From Octopus sinensis (taxonomy: Eukaryota), in NCBI RefSeq assembly GCF_006345805.1, contig NC_043005.1, positions 89,466,001 through 89,530,000 of the forward strand: a stretch of DNA of 64,000 nt, in the 5' to 3' direction. How positions within the stretch are numbered: the stretch's first letter is position 1; the number at the start of each line of letters is the position of its first letter. The position numbers were made by a program, and so were the translations under genes. The notes under the pieces are model-generated. The model saw only the letters and a program-made list of their open reading frames with translations. It made no database searches and was not told where the DNA came from. This document shows, one piece after another, positions 35,540 through 48,500 of the stretch.

Positions 35540-35934
35540 TTGTTGCAATTAATACCTGCTTTTCCATTTTAGTATGGTTTAGGTGGGAGGAAATTAAAGC
35601 AAGGATTTTATGACTGGATGCTCTCTCTAACCCTTTCATGTTTATCAAGAAAGTTCTTTTTAGTCCGGAGGAATTCAAAAGTACAGAGCTAGCGGATGAT
35701 TTGTTGATAATGAAATGTTAACAAAAGTCACCAGATGCAGCCAAGCCACAAATAAGGATGTCACTCTTTGTAGCTTTAAGTTAACATTGTTTGGAAACAC
35801 ACACACATGCACACATACCATCTTCATCACCTACCAAATTCCCTCACCGAAGATGCTGCATAGTGAGACTTGAACCTGAAGGCATGTGGTTCAGAAGCAA
35901 AATTATTAACCATGAAGCTGCGTGTGCATGTGCG

Positions 35935-35936
<2 letters not shown>

Positions 35937-36015
<79 letters not shown>
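35937..36015. repeat. (TG)n microsatellite
   Basis: Direct reading. Confidence 0.98.
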
Positions 36016-36018
<3 letters not shown>

Positions 36019-36020
36019 TA

Positions 36021-36859
36021 CAGGGAGTGGTGAATAAACTGTTACGCAAAAATGAAAATAACACTGGCATCTCATTTTAACAGATATAATTACCAAAATT
36101 ACTTAAAAATATCTTGAAATACGGAAGAGTAAATTTATTCAATGAAATCGTCATTGGCTTCAACTATGGCCTCCAGACGACTTTGGAATCTCCTGCAACT
36201 CTTCTGGATGGCCTCCTTGTTAAAGTTGGTGAATGCTCCCATGATCCTTGCCTTCAGTTCATCTTTGGTGTTTTATTGGTCTCTTGCTCAACTGTGCCCC
36301 ACACATAATAATCAAGGGGGTTGCAGTCTGGGGAGTTAGGTGGCCAGATGTTAGGGGTGATGTGGTCGTAGAAATTGTCTGAGAGCCATGACTGGGTTCT
36401 CCAGTTTGTGTGGCATGGTACAGAGTCCTGTTGTCAGACATAGGGTTTTTTAGCAGCCACCCTCTTAACCCAGAGTAGCACTACTTCCTCCAAGCATTTG
36501 ATGTAAGTCTCTGTGTTGAGTATGGAGCTGTGTGGGAAGATGGATGGAGGCATAATGTCACCATCACTAGTGATCACTCTAAACACCATGCTGTTGACTG
36601 GATGTTTGATTTTTATCACTCTCAGATTGACATCCAAATGCTCTGAAATGTTTGTTTTGGAGCTTCCAGTGCAAATGCCAAGCAGTACAGCATGTTTCCA
36701 AATTTCTGGCAGAGTAAATTGCATCATGGTGCTGGTTTTTTTCACAGATGGTGCCCAACTGACCCTACTATACTGTGTAATCGACAAAATCAAAAACAAA
36801 CAATTTACATGCAAGAAATTAAAAATATAAAATGGCAATGATTTACTCATTGCACCCTG
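36021..36859 (-). mobile_element. Internally deleted Tc1/mariner DD37D (maT-type) transposon
   Basis: TA|CAGGGAGTGGTGAATAAA ... TTTACTCATTGCACCCTG|TA TIRs. Minus-strand relic VITSDGDIMPPSIF...YIKCLEEVV...PYV*QQDSVPCHT...IWPPNSPDCNPLDYYVWG, with 37 residues between the second and third Asp. Confidence 0.9.
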
Positions 36860-37595
36860 TATATATGTATATAGCTACGCTTATATCTATATAGATATAT
36901 GTATGTACACTCACACACATATTTCTCATATACTTATACAAACTGATATAGTGCATTCTGTAAAGTGAATGGCAGTAGGAAGGGCATCCAGCTGTAGAAA
37001 CTTTGTCAAAACAAATCATTGGAGCCTGATGTAACTATCCAGCTTACAACTTATGCCACCATGGAAAATGGATGTTAAATGATGATAATAGTACACCTAT
37101 GTGCACAAATATGCACATGTGTGTCTGCTTGCATGTGCACACCCTGCATGTATCAATACATATATGCATATATATATGCACACACACGTGTGTGTGTGTG
37201 TGTGTGTACATTTACACATGTCTTAGAATGATTCTGAGAAGTTTTAAAATTTGACCTTATTTTTTTCCTCAAAGACATTTTCATGTGTTGGTGAGATTGG
37301 TGGTGGAGGAAAGAGTTTCAAACCAAACAAGATATTTTGATTCTGTTTGAAGAGATTGGGTGACATGCTTAAGAAACACTAGTTATTATATCTGTAGCAA
37401 TGACCTACCGAGGAATGGAATTTTGTTGTTATTCTTACAAAAGATAGGATTGGTCTCTTATGCCATAGTTTGGTGTCATTTTGAAAACACTGACCTAAGC
37501 CATATCTTTTTTCTTATTTTTCATTTTAAATCATACTCCCCTTAACTTACTACTCACATAACTCTCATCTGTTGTGATTACTAAATTTCACACAT

Positions 37596-37800
37596 TGGCT
37601 GTGTAGTTAAGAATCTTGCTTCCCAAGCACATGGTCCCAGGATCAGTCCAACCATGTTAAGCTTGCTTCCTAGCTGAAGAGTTCTGGTTTTAATCCCATT
37701 GCACATAACCTTGGGTAAATGTCTTCTACTTCTATAACTCTGAGTTGACCAAATCTTTGAGTGAATTTGCTAGACAGAAACTGAAAGAATCCCATCAAAC
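37596..37800 (+). mobile_element. SINE family A 5' half
   Basis: TGGCTGTGTAGTTAAGAATCTTGCTTCCC...CCTTGGGTAAATGTCTTCTAC...GAAACTGAAAGAA. Confidence 0.75.
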
Positions 37801-37815
37801 ATGATTTTGTGTTTA

Positions 37816-37850
<35 letters not shown>

Positions 37851-38263
37851 AATTGTGCCCATCCTATTGTGATTTCGTATAATGGTTGTAAGCACCCATC
37901 ACTGTCATCCAAATGATGTCATTTGTTTCCAGCCTTCTTTGAAAATCCTGTCTGGCCATGGAGAAGCAAGCGAAGCTTGGTGTCGAGAAGGACATCCAGC
38001 TGCAGAAAATATTCCTCTGTGAATTATGTCCGACACAGCCAAGCATGGAAAAGTGGACAATAAAATGATTGAGCTGGACAGCATTTACCAAGAATATTAA
38101 CACAGTGGATTCTGAATAAATAAATAGATCCACTCACATCCATGGATGTTTAATCTTGTGAGTTTAAGTCAATGAGGGCCTTTTCAGCAGTTCTATAACT
38201 ATGTACAGTTCTGATTAAAAACCTACAGGTTGTCACCAGAATTTTAATATTCTATCACGTAAA

Positions 38264-38470
38264 GGCAACAGGCTGGCAGAATCGTTAGCATGCCAGGCAA
38301 AATGCTTAGCGGCATTTCGTCCATCCTTACATTCCGACTTCAAATTCTGCCAAGCTGACTTTGCCGTTAATCCTTTCGGGGTTAATAAATTAAGTACAGT
38401 TGAATGCTGGGGTCAATGTAATCAACCCCCCTTTCCCTGAACTTCCTGGTCTTGTGCTCAGTTTTGGAAC
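38264..38470 (+). mobile_element. SINE family C, near full length
   Basis: GGCAACAGGCTGGCAGAATCGTTAGCATGCCAGGCAAAATGCTTAGCGGCATTTCG..GACTTCAAATTC; tRNA-like boxes. Confidence 0.85.
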
Positions 38471-38704
38471 AAATATTTTATCCTGTATTACAATGCTCAG
38501 CTTTAGATTTTGTAGAGGCAGACTAAAGGATGAGTGGAGATGATAGAACTGAGATTACCAGCCTCTCTGATAGGAGTGCCATTATACTCATTGCAAGTGT
38601 CCATTCTCTCTGCTGCAAATAATGCATCCACTTTTACTTTTGTTTGTTTACACATAAGGAATGGACCTGTTGGTTTTCTGAATACATTCCTTCCATGCAA
38701 TTCC

Positions 38705-38914
38705 TTAAACCTCTAGCATTTAAACCAGTCATATCCAGCTTAGATATTCACAACCTGTTTTATATTCAAACAAGCCAGATCCAGCCTCTCACACCTACCC
38801 TACAATGTCATTCTGAAAATAAACAACCACATCATTGAAGTCTCAAAGCTATGACATAAACGTGAATGAATAAGCATTGCATTTAACAGAGTAATCGGAA
38901 CACTGATGGATTAA
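38705..38914. mobile_element. TTAA-type MITE (same family as 33150-33364)
   Basis: TTAA|ACCTCTAGCATTT ... ACTGATGGA|TTAA decayed termini; shared body. Confidence 0.65.
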
Positions 38915-39636
38915 TTCTAATTCTGGGGAAGGATTATCTCTTGGCCTCCCTCCACCATTGTAGAAAACAAGAGTTTCTCTCTGATGTCAACACTGATTCT
39001 TTATTCATCTACCCCCCCCCCCCCATTATTTGCTTACAGGTTTGGTCTCTCTCTCTCTCTGATTTCTGTTGTACTTTGGCTACTTGAAATCTTCTGTTCA
39101 CCACTCATGTCTTAACAACCAATAAATATCACATTTCTGATGCCAGTGTCATCATACGACGTTCTACATAGAGAAACAGGACTAACTTTGTCACCTACAC
39201 AGGTGCAGCTTGTCTTATATATTGACATTTGTACATCCAACACCTGCCACACTGAATTTGTTCTTCTGTTGTTGCTGCGGTTCTTCTTATCACTACTTTG
39301 TTGTAACATACTTCTGACATTGTAATACCGTGTCAGCAACACAATCTCAACTTCTTCCAATCACAATCCGTGTGTGTGTGTGTGTTTAAATGACTTTAAA
39401 TTCATGGACATCTGTAAAAATAACTTTTGGCCATCTATTTTTATGCTATTAGGTCACAATGTTTCTTTAGAGATTTGCTTAGGAGAAAGATTTCCTTTTA
39501 ATCTTTTGCTGTGGATGTGTGCACATTTTCAATCTTTCTTTGCAGTGTATGTGCACATGAGTTTCTGTTCACCATATTCTATTAAAAAAATTGATTTCAT
39601 CTTGAAAACTCTGTGCAGATATTTTCTTCCTTGGTA

Positions 39637-39780
39637 CATCATCATCATCATCATCATTTAACACCTGTTGTTCATGCCTGGCATGGGTTGGACAGTTTGA
39701 CAGGATCCAGTGAGCTGTCAGCGTTTGGTGTTCATGGTTGGATACCCTTCATAACATCAACCACATCACAGTGTGTACAA
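39637..39780 (-). mobile_element. SINE family B fragment
   Basis: (CAT)n TTAACACCTG..CATGCCTGGCATGGGTTGGACAGTTTGACAGG. Confidence 0.7.
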
Positions 39781-41130
39781 GTTGTAAAACATGCACATGT
39801 GCACAGCTTAATATGGAACAATGCTTAAGAAACCGATTTCCCTGTTGTCTTCATAACCACTGCCGTTCACAGAATGCTTCTTTGTAATCCACCCTTGCCA
39901 CCCACCACTCTGTGACTCTACCACTCATTTACTGATGAGTTTCTTTTCCCTTACTGTATCCTTAATTTAAAATTAACACCAACTACAAGATTTAAGTTGG
40001 AGCCATTCTTTTATTTTGACAGTAATGGTGGCACTTGTATTAATTTGTGGAACTGTTTTTGTTTGTTTTTCTTTTCTTTAATGACAATCAGTTTCTAAAG
40101 ACAAAAGATTCATTATGGTTCTATTTTTAAACCTAACATACTGCATTGATCTCTGTTTTATTATATATGCATGTGTTTGTGTGTGTGTGTGTTATGACTT
40201 TGCTGGAAGGTCTGCGGGTTGGGTTTGGGATGCTATGAGTAATTTTTCATGAAACTCATTGGTTTGATGAGTTGTCGATAACATTATTCTTTTAAGCCAG
40301 CTGTGATCTGTTGCAGGTCTTTGTGTGTGTGTGCCTGCCTATTCTATTTTGTCATTGATTTTTTTTTCTGTAACCCATTTACTTTATACTGCAATTTACA
40401 CTGTTTTTATAAACCGTGTATATTTGTGTGTGTGTGTCTTTATACACACACACACACATATGCATTCTGATATTTCATCATTCCATGTATTGTTGTTCTT
40501 TTACCCATGTTGGTGTGAACTGGACATGTCTATCTATTCAACATTTCTCTCTCCACACACATATCGACCTTACATCAATTTTCATCTATGTGAAGTTGAA
40601 TGTTTCCTTACCTCTAACTCTTACCACTTCCCATTACTCTTTCACTCTACATAAAACACTTAGGTGTTAACTGCCACAAACCCCACTACTTTCCATTCAA
40701 CATGTATCATACATTTTTGATTACTACTCTTGTTACCTTATTTTTCTCATTGTTTGATCAAAGTTTTTAATACCCTGGCTTTTTACAGTCTACTTTAATT
40801 TTTCTAAATGAAAATTACCATACGCATCCCTAATTTAATGTTAAATATTGGTACAGAATCTCTTTTTTTTTTTTTTTCAGTAGTTTTAAGTTTACTTCAC
40901 ATTTAAGTTACACCTTGCTTTTTCAATTACAATCAACAATAAAATAGTGCAACTTACACACAAGTAAATATGGTGCATGTGTGTGTGTGTGTGTCTTTTA
41001 AATTTAAGTGAACTGTTTTGAATATGCAAATAAAGCTCCCATTCTATTGTGCCGGCCACCGTCTAATGATGCTGACTGGTGAACCAGTTTTGCGGGGTTG
41101 CATCAAGTTGTACCGATATAATGTGGGATC

Positions 41131-41333
41131 AATATAATAATAACAACAATAATCCTACAAAGAAATTTATCTGCATTTAATGCATCGCTACGTGCTTTTC
41201 CACAGATCACATGACTTTTAAGATCACAGTCCTACAGACTGTGATCTTAAGTCATGAGATTTGTGGAAGCGCACATAGTAATGCATTAAACATTTATAAA
41301 TTCCATCCTAGGATTATTGTTATTATTATATAG
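41131..41333. repeat. ~200-bp imperfect palindrome
   Basis: Core TTAAGATCACAGTC-ctaca-GACTGTGATCTTAA; arms extend through CATGAC, TTCCACA, TTTAATGCAT, AATTT and AATAATCCTA. Confidence 0.9.
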
Positions 41334-41349
41334 ATATCATTGTTATTAT

Positions 41350-41727
41350 AGGTGCAGGAATGGCTGTGAGGTAAGAAGCTTGCTTCCCAACCACATGATT
41401 CTGGATTCACTCCCACTGTGTAACAAGTTGGGCAAGTATCTTCTATAGCCTCAAGCTGACCGAAGCCTTGTGAGTGGATTTGGTAGATGGAAACTGAAAA
41501 GAAGCCCGTCATATACATATATAGGTATTTGTGTATCTGTGTTTGTCACTCCACCATTGCTTGACAACCGATGTTGGTGTATTTACATCCCTGTTACTTA
41601 GCAGTTTGGCAAGTTACCGATAGAATAAGTACTAGGCTTACAAAGAATAAATCATGGAGCCTATTTGTTTGACTTAATGGTGGTGCTCCAACATGGTCGC
41701 GGTCAAATGGCTGACACAAGTAAAAAA
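41350..41727 (+). mobile_element. Full-length SINE family A
   Basis: AGGTGCAGGAATGGCTGTGAGGTAAGAAGCTTGCTTCCC through GGTCAAATGGCTGACACAAGTAAAA. Confidence 0.9.
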
Positions 41728-41849
41728 ATAATATATCTATATATATAACCCATGCTAGCATGGAAAGCGGACGCTAAACGATGATGATGATCTCCAGTGA
41801 CTCATACAGTGTGTCCCTCTTGAATTGTATTGTCCTGACAGCTATCTTT

Positions 41850-42290
41850 TACTTCAGTCATTAGACAGAGGCCATGCTGGGGCATTTCTTTGAAGAATTT
41901 TAGTTGAACAAATCAACCCCAGTACTTGATTTTTTGTTTTTAAAGCCTGGTACTTATTCTATTGTTCTCTTTTTGCCGAACCACTATGTTATGGGTACAT
42001 AAACACACTGACACAGGTTGTCAAGTGCTGGTGAGCAACAAAAACAAGGACTCACACACGTTTCGGCCGGTTACACCCGATACTGCGCCAATCTGGCTGA
42101 CCCCAAGAAAATCTAAATATATATATATATGACAGGCTTCTTTCAGTTTCCTTTTACCAAATCCACTCACAAAGTGTTGGTCAACCCGAGGCTATAGTAG
42201 AAGACACTTGCCCAAGGTGCCACACAATAGGACTGAACCTACTACCATGTGGTTGGGAGGCAAACTCCTTACCACAGAACCATGACTGTG
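41850..42290 (-). mobile_element. Full-length SINE family A (inverted relative to 41350-41727) with a short insert at 42059-42118
   Basis: TTCAGTCATTAGACAGAGGCCATGCTGGGG to CTTACCACAGAACCATGACTGTGCCT. Confidence 0.88.
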
Positions 42291-42654
42291 CCTATATTGT
42301 TTACATTTCATTGCAGTGTTGCTGCTACCACCCGACACAAACACCCCAGACTGGACTTCCAAAAGAAGGCCATCCAACTAGGCTAAGATTCTTTGCTCTT
42401 CTGCTACTCCAAACTATCTAGATATATACACTTGGAACACCCATCTCTCCAAGTCTTGTGACCCTTAGTCTTTGTGTTGTCCCTTAGCATCACACTAACC
42501 CCTGTTTCTAATTCTCTTCTTAAGCACCAACTCTCCAGAATACCCACTCAGCCCACAGTCTGCATGCAAATATCAACACTATTGGTCAATCTGGCAAATC
42601 CTCACAAATTCATGGCTGCTCTCCTTTTTTCCTTATTAAACTACATAAAAATAT

Positions 42655-43140
42655 CATCATCATCATTGTTTAACGTCCGCTTTCCATGCTAGCATGGGTT
42701 GGACGATTTTGACTGGGGGCTGGCGAACCAGATGGCTGCACCAGGCTCCAATTTTGATCTGGCAGAGTTTCTATAGCTGGATGCCGTTCCTAACGCCAAC
42801 CACTCTGAGAGTGTAGTGGGTGCTTTTTACGTGCCACTGGCACGAGGGCCAGTCAGGCGGTACTGGCAACGACCTCGCTCGAATCTTTTTACACATGCCA
42901 CCGGCACAGGTGCCAGTAAGGTGACGTTGGTGACGATCACACTCAAATGGTGCCCTTTTACGTGTCACCGGCACGGAAGCCAGTTAGCTGCTCTGGCAAC
43001 GATCATGCTCGGATGGTGCTATAAAATCACCATCATTCATTGTCTGTTTTCCATGCTGGTAAAGGTTGGAATGGTTTGACAGGGGTGGCATGGCTGCACC
43101 AGGCTCCACTCGTCTGCTTTGGCATGGTTTCTATGACTAG
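42655..43140 (-). mobile_element. SINE family B (CpG-rich, ~4 internal repeats) plus an adjacent family B fragment
   Basis: CATCATCATCATTGTTTAACGTCCGCTTTCCATGCTAGCATGGGTTGGACG; second start at ~43030. Confidence 0.88.
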
Positions 43141-43868
43141 ATGGTATGTGTGTGTGTGTGTGTGTGTGTGCATGTATATATATATATAATGTGTGTGTGT
43201 GTGTGTATGTCTTTGTGACCATTTGTCCCCCTCCCCCACCATTTGACAGTTGGTGTTAGTGCCAGGCTTAGAGACAAAAATAAATACTGGAATCAATTCA
43301 TGCAACTAAAATTTTGGGTTTGAAAACAGAACCGAGAGGAATCTTTTGTCTTTAGAAAGAGATTGTCGTTAAGGTAGAAAAGCAGTTGATCAGCTAAGAA
43401 AGTCAAGATAATGTTATAATAAAAACCATGAGTCTTATTAAACACAGCTGTATTTCACAAGACTTGTGGTTTTTTTTGTTAGGCTTTTATTCATACATAG
43501 ATAAAGACTGGATGGTCTCAGCTGGAGAGTTTTGGGCTGAGATTAAGCAGTGAAAGAGGAAGTCAAAAGCTGCTTACTGTTCTGAATTTTTCCCTTTCAC
43601 CACATTCTGACATCAGACTGCTCTTTCATGTTGCTGTTGTTGTCATTGAGGTGATTACTATATAAATCGTAATAATATCTGTCCATGTACCTGTAGGCTC
43701 ATACCTGGCCACTGCTGACTTGCTGATAGTTCATACTTAGTAGTTTAATCTCACTGGGTAATCTTTTCTTACCTGGAGAAGTCATTTAGAGGTTAGTCTC
43801 ATTTAACATTGTCTCAGTGTGGCCTTCCCATTTATCAACTTATAATAATAATGATATTAACAATAATG

Positions 43869-44255
43869 ATTTCAAATTTTGGCACAAGGCCAGCAATTTT
43901 GGGGGAGGGGGATAAGTCAGTGACATTGACCCCAGTGTTTCACTGGTAACTTAATTTATCGACAGATGAAATGCCACTAAGCATTTTGCTGGTGTGCTAA
44001 TAATTCTGCCAACTCACCACTGTAGATAATTATAATAATAATCCTTTCTACTATAGGCACAAGGCCTGAAATTTGGTGGGAGGTGGCGGCAGTTGATTAG
44101 ATTGACCCCAGTATGCAACTGGTACTTAATTTATTGACCCTGAAAGGATGAAAGGCAAATTTGACCTCGGCAGAATTTCAACTCAGAACGTAAAGACATG
44201 AAATATCGCTAAGCATTTTGCTCGGCTTGCTAACGATTCTGCCAGTTCACCACCT
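43869..44255 (-). mobile_element. Two tandem SINE family C copies separated by (AAT)n
   Basis: GGCACAAGGCC...ATTGACCCCAGT...CTAAGCATTTTGCT...ATTCTGCCA..TCACCAC occurs twice. Confidence 0.85.
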
Positions 44256-44480
44256 TAATAATAATAATAATAATAATATTAATAAAACATCCACTTTTCC
44301 ATGCTTGCAATGGTCAGACAGAATTTGTTGTGGCAGCCCTCACCCTGTGCCTAAGTAAAGTAATATTTCCCAGTGGCCAGACATGCTTTCCACAAAAGAC
44401 TGGAAATGAACTTACATCACTTATGGGACGGATATGCTTATTTACAGCCAACATAAGATGTCAAGGACAAGGGTACGCAT

Positions 44481-44481
<1 letters not shown>

Positions 44482-44544
<63 letters not shown>
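44482..44544. repeat. (CA)n microsatellite
   Basis: Direct reading. Confidence 0.98.
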
Positions 44545-44546
<2 letters not shown>

Positions 44547-45161
44547 GTCTTTGAGTTTACCAAATCTATTTGCAAGGTTTTGGTCAGCCTGGGGCTACAG
44601 TGGGATTGAACCTAAAACCATATTTGCACATATTATAATGTATTTATTAAAAGTGAAGAAATGTGACTCTTTCCTTCTCCTCCTCAAATCTCTTCAGGTT
44701 CCAGCAAGATTTTATTGACAGTTTCTTCTAAAAGAGGAAGATGATAGCTTTCCACCTCTCTATAATCACAGCCATGGTAAGTTTATTGCAGACCTGGATG
44801 TGAACTACCAGAATGTACTTCACTCAAAAACAAGTAACTCTCTGTATGGTTGCTTGATCTGCTAGAAATAACAACTAAATTTTCCTCATGCTATACCCCA
44901 CATTAAACAAATGAAATCTAGAACTATATTGGATTTTGTAGAATGAGATGCATAATAGCTGAAGAAAAGAAAAAAGACAGGATGGTCATAAATGTAATAG
45001 TTGTGGTTAGAAGTTTCTTCAGTCATGGTTGACCAAACAACACCAATCCAGTGTCATGCTCCACTGATTTGATGTTAATTTACCATTTCTAGAAGTGACT
45101 GAGTTGCCATCAGTAAGGTTTGAACTTATGGAATTGTTAATCCAACGATAAATATTACTAA

Positions 45162-45500
45162 GCATGGCTGTTTGGTAAGAAGTTTGGTTCCCAACCACTT
45201 GGTTTGGGTTGTAGTGCCAGTGCGTGGCACCTTGGGCGAGTGTCTTCGGCTGGCCAACAGTCTTATGAATGGATTTGGTAGATGGAAACTGAAAGAAGAC
45301 CCTATGTGTGTCCATCACCACTACTTGATAGACAACCAGTGTTGGTGTGTTTATATCCCTGTGATTCAGCAGTTCAGCAAAAGATATCAATAGAATAAGT
45401 GCCAAGCTTAAAATTATAAGTACTATAGTCAATTTGTTTGACTGAAAAGGGTCCTTCAAGGTGGTGCCCCAGCATGGCCACAGTCCAATGACTGAAGATA
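45162..45500 (+). mobile_element. SINE family A
   Basis: CATGGCTGTTTGGTAAGAAG...GGCACCTTGGGCGAGTG...CCCCAGCATGGCCACAGTCCAATGACTGAA. Confidence 0.88.
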
Positions 45501-46474
45501 AAAAATCCTAGTAGCTGTCTGTTACTCTTCTGCCTACACCACTGCAACCAAACGAATATACATAAGTGTGTAATTATCTTGTATTTCATGATATTTTTCC
45601 CATTATAATTAACAAGGTCGAAGAGATGTTAGTATGGTGGTGGTGGTGGTGGTGGTAGCCTTCATCATAGTAGCTCTCAAGTTGGTGGTATGTGAGTGAA
45701 GACCTGTTGTCAGAGAATGTGTTTTTAATGACATAATAAAAGAAACTTTGTTCAGGGTGGAGGAAGGAATTCTTGTTGGGACTCCATCTTGATATCGAAA
45801 TCCTCCAAGAATAACACTGAGTGCTCCATTGTTTCTGGTTCACTCCTCAAACTTATGTTTATAGTTATTTTTTTTGTTTCCTTTTTTTTTCTTTTATCTC
45901 GAAGTTGCAGAGGGAGGGGATGGTCATAGTAGCAGCAGCAGTATGAGTGGTTGTAGTAGTAGTAGTAGTGGTAGTAACAGTAGTAGTAGTTTTAGTAGTA
46001 TGTACTTGACAAAGATATCTCTTGTCAAACATCCTTTTTCCTTGATAAGTTGTGGAAGTTGAAGATTTGCAAAAAAGAATTTCATTACAATAAAAAAAAA
46101 CACACCAAAGCAAAACTACAACAACAACAACAACAACAACACAAAAATGAACCCAAAGAATTTAAGAGCACATTTGCTTGCTTCCATCAATAATGGTTTG
46201 TAAAAAGATTTAATTGGAGGAGTTTTGTTTGTTGGTCTTTTTTGCACTTTTGTGAAAGTTTTAACATTTTGACTTCCAACACGTGACATAGAGTGGCTAT
46301 GAAATGAAGTTCCTGCATTGCTAATCCAAAGATCATGGGTTCAATACCAATGCAGTATTTCTACTTGGCACCATTCACTACTCTGAAAGTAGGTACCAGC
46401 AACATTCTCCACATAAGCAATGGGTGGTAAATAGGATATCAAGAACAGTTTAGGAGGGTCAAATTTTTAAATGA

Positions 46475-46619
46475 CGTGGCTGTGTGGCAAATTTACTTTC
46501 CAACCATTTGGTTCTGGGTTCAGTCCCACTGTGTGGCATCTTGGGCAAGTGTCTTTTACCTGTAGCCTTGGTTTCACCAAAGCCGTGAGTGGATTTGGTA
46601 GTCAGAAACTGAAAGAAGT

Positions 46620-46683
<64 letters not shown>

Positions 46684-46890
46684 CTATGTTTGTCTCCCAG
46701 TACTGCTTGACAACTGGTGTTGGTGTGTTTATGCCTCCATAACTTAGCTGTTTAGCAAAAGAGATTGATAGAATAAATACTAGGCTTAAAAAAGAGAAAA
46801 AAAAGAGTACTGGGTTCAATTCATTTGTTTAAAAATTCTTCAAGGTGGTGCCCCAGCATGGCCACAGTCAAATGACTGAAACAAGTGAAA
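46475..46890 (+). mobile_element. SINE family A with an expanded internal (TA)n
   Basis: CGTGGCTGTGTGGCAAA...GGTTCAGTCCCACTG...GACTGAAACAAGTGAAA. Confidence 0.88.
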
Positions 46891-48202
46891 TATAAAAGAT
46901 TGGGTAGAGACTAGTGTTGCTTCCAGAGGAAATATCTCATAACCACTCCTTATAGAAATAGGTGTAGGATGTTGGTGTTTAAGGCAACCTTTGGCTTTGT
47001 GATGTTGAGGTGTGGACTAGAATATTTCATAACCAGAATCTAAAGATTGTCTACAAAATAAAATGGTCTGCTAACTTTTAGTTCTTTCACAAACTGGTCA
47101 TGTCTTATCTCTGAATTTTCTACTACTTCTACAGTGGCCTACCTTCTAAATATAAACTCATTCTTGAAGTGGAGGCACACATGCCTTTCCTGAACTTGAT
47201 TTTTGTGGATCTCATGTCCAGTTCCGAAGATTTATCACAAGCTTAACTCTCTAATCTTATGATCCTCTGATCTAAGAGTGTGTGACTGCAGGCAGTCTTT
47301 TTTCCCATTTTAAATTTTAATTTAATATTTAACATCTATTTTTTTTTTCCAAGCCAACATGCATTGTAAGGCTTTCACAAATTTTGCTATTTGCATGGTG
47401 CAGGAGCAAGCTGTTGCACCTTGATATCATTCTCACTGCTAGGCCACTCAACTGTGAAGGGCCCACTTGTCAGCCTTACAGACAGAGGCAAGCAGAGTTG
47501 TGTACCTTGATTTACTCCTAGGTATAGTAACATTTGAAGTTAGTTAACCATCTTAATCTCAATGTTGTGGCCAATATAACCAGTAATCAGTTAATGACAG
47601 GAAAATTTAATTATTTTCTGATATAGGCTTCAATTTTAAGTTGATATTTAATTTGTCTCTGATTGTTAAAATTCTTTTCATTTCTGTTTAGTATTGTCAT
47701 AAAATACTTAGGATGGTTGTGCCAAAATAAGTATGAAAAACTAGAGCTATTAATAGCTGAAAATGTAGGCAAAATTAATTAATTATATGCGTTATTATGG
47801 CTTCTGTTCCTACTGATAATATTCAGTCTATTAATTATTAATTATTCTTGTTAGTAATTAGAAAAATGCATGCCAAATTTTAATCTAATTGGGTGCTGAG
47901 AATGTAGCTCCAAATTAATACCTAATCCTATAAATATGAAGTTTATTAGCTCTAAAATAAATTAGGTATTTTGCTGTTTCTGTTATTATTCAAGGTAGTT
48001 CAAGTGGTAGGACTTCTAAAGTATTAAACCAAAGGCTTTGTTCTGTTAAATTAAACCCTTGTTGTTCTGCATTTAACTCATATTTCGGCATCATCTTGTC
48101 CTTACATTTTCCCTGGGTTGATAAAATAAGTACCAGTAATGCAATGGGATTAATTTTTCAATTGTACTCCTTATGTATTTGTTACCATGTGCCAATACTT
48201 AT

Positions 48203-48500
48203 CATCATTGTCGTTTAACGTCTGCCTTCCCTGCTGGCATGGATCGAATGGTTGACAGGAGCTGGCCAGGCAGGAGCCTGCACCAGATTTCTGTGACCCT
48301 TTTGGTAGGATTTTTACAGCTGGATGCCCTTCCTAACACCAACCACTCAACAGAGTGGACTTAGTGCTTTTTATGTGGCACAAACACAGGCGAGGTTAGT
48401 TTTGGCAAGGTTTTTACAGCTGGATGCCCTTCCAAACACCAACCACTTTACAGTCTGGACTGGATGTTTTTAAGTGGCACCAGCACTGGCAGGTTCACTA
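48203..48500 (-). mobile_element. SINE family B with an internal ~90-bp duplication
   Basis: TTTTACAGCTGGATGCCCTTCC.AACACCAACCAC at 48311 and 48411. Confidence 0.8.
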
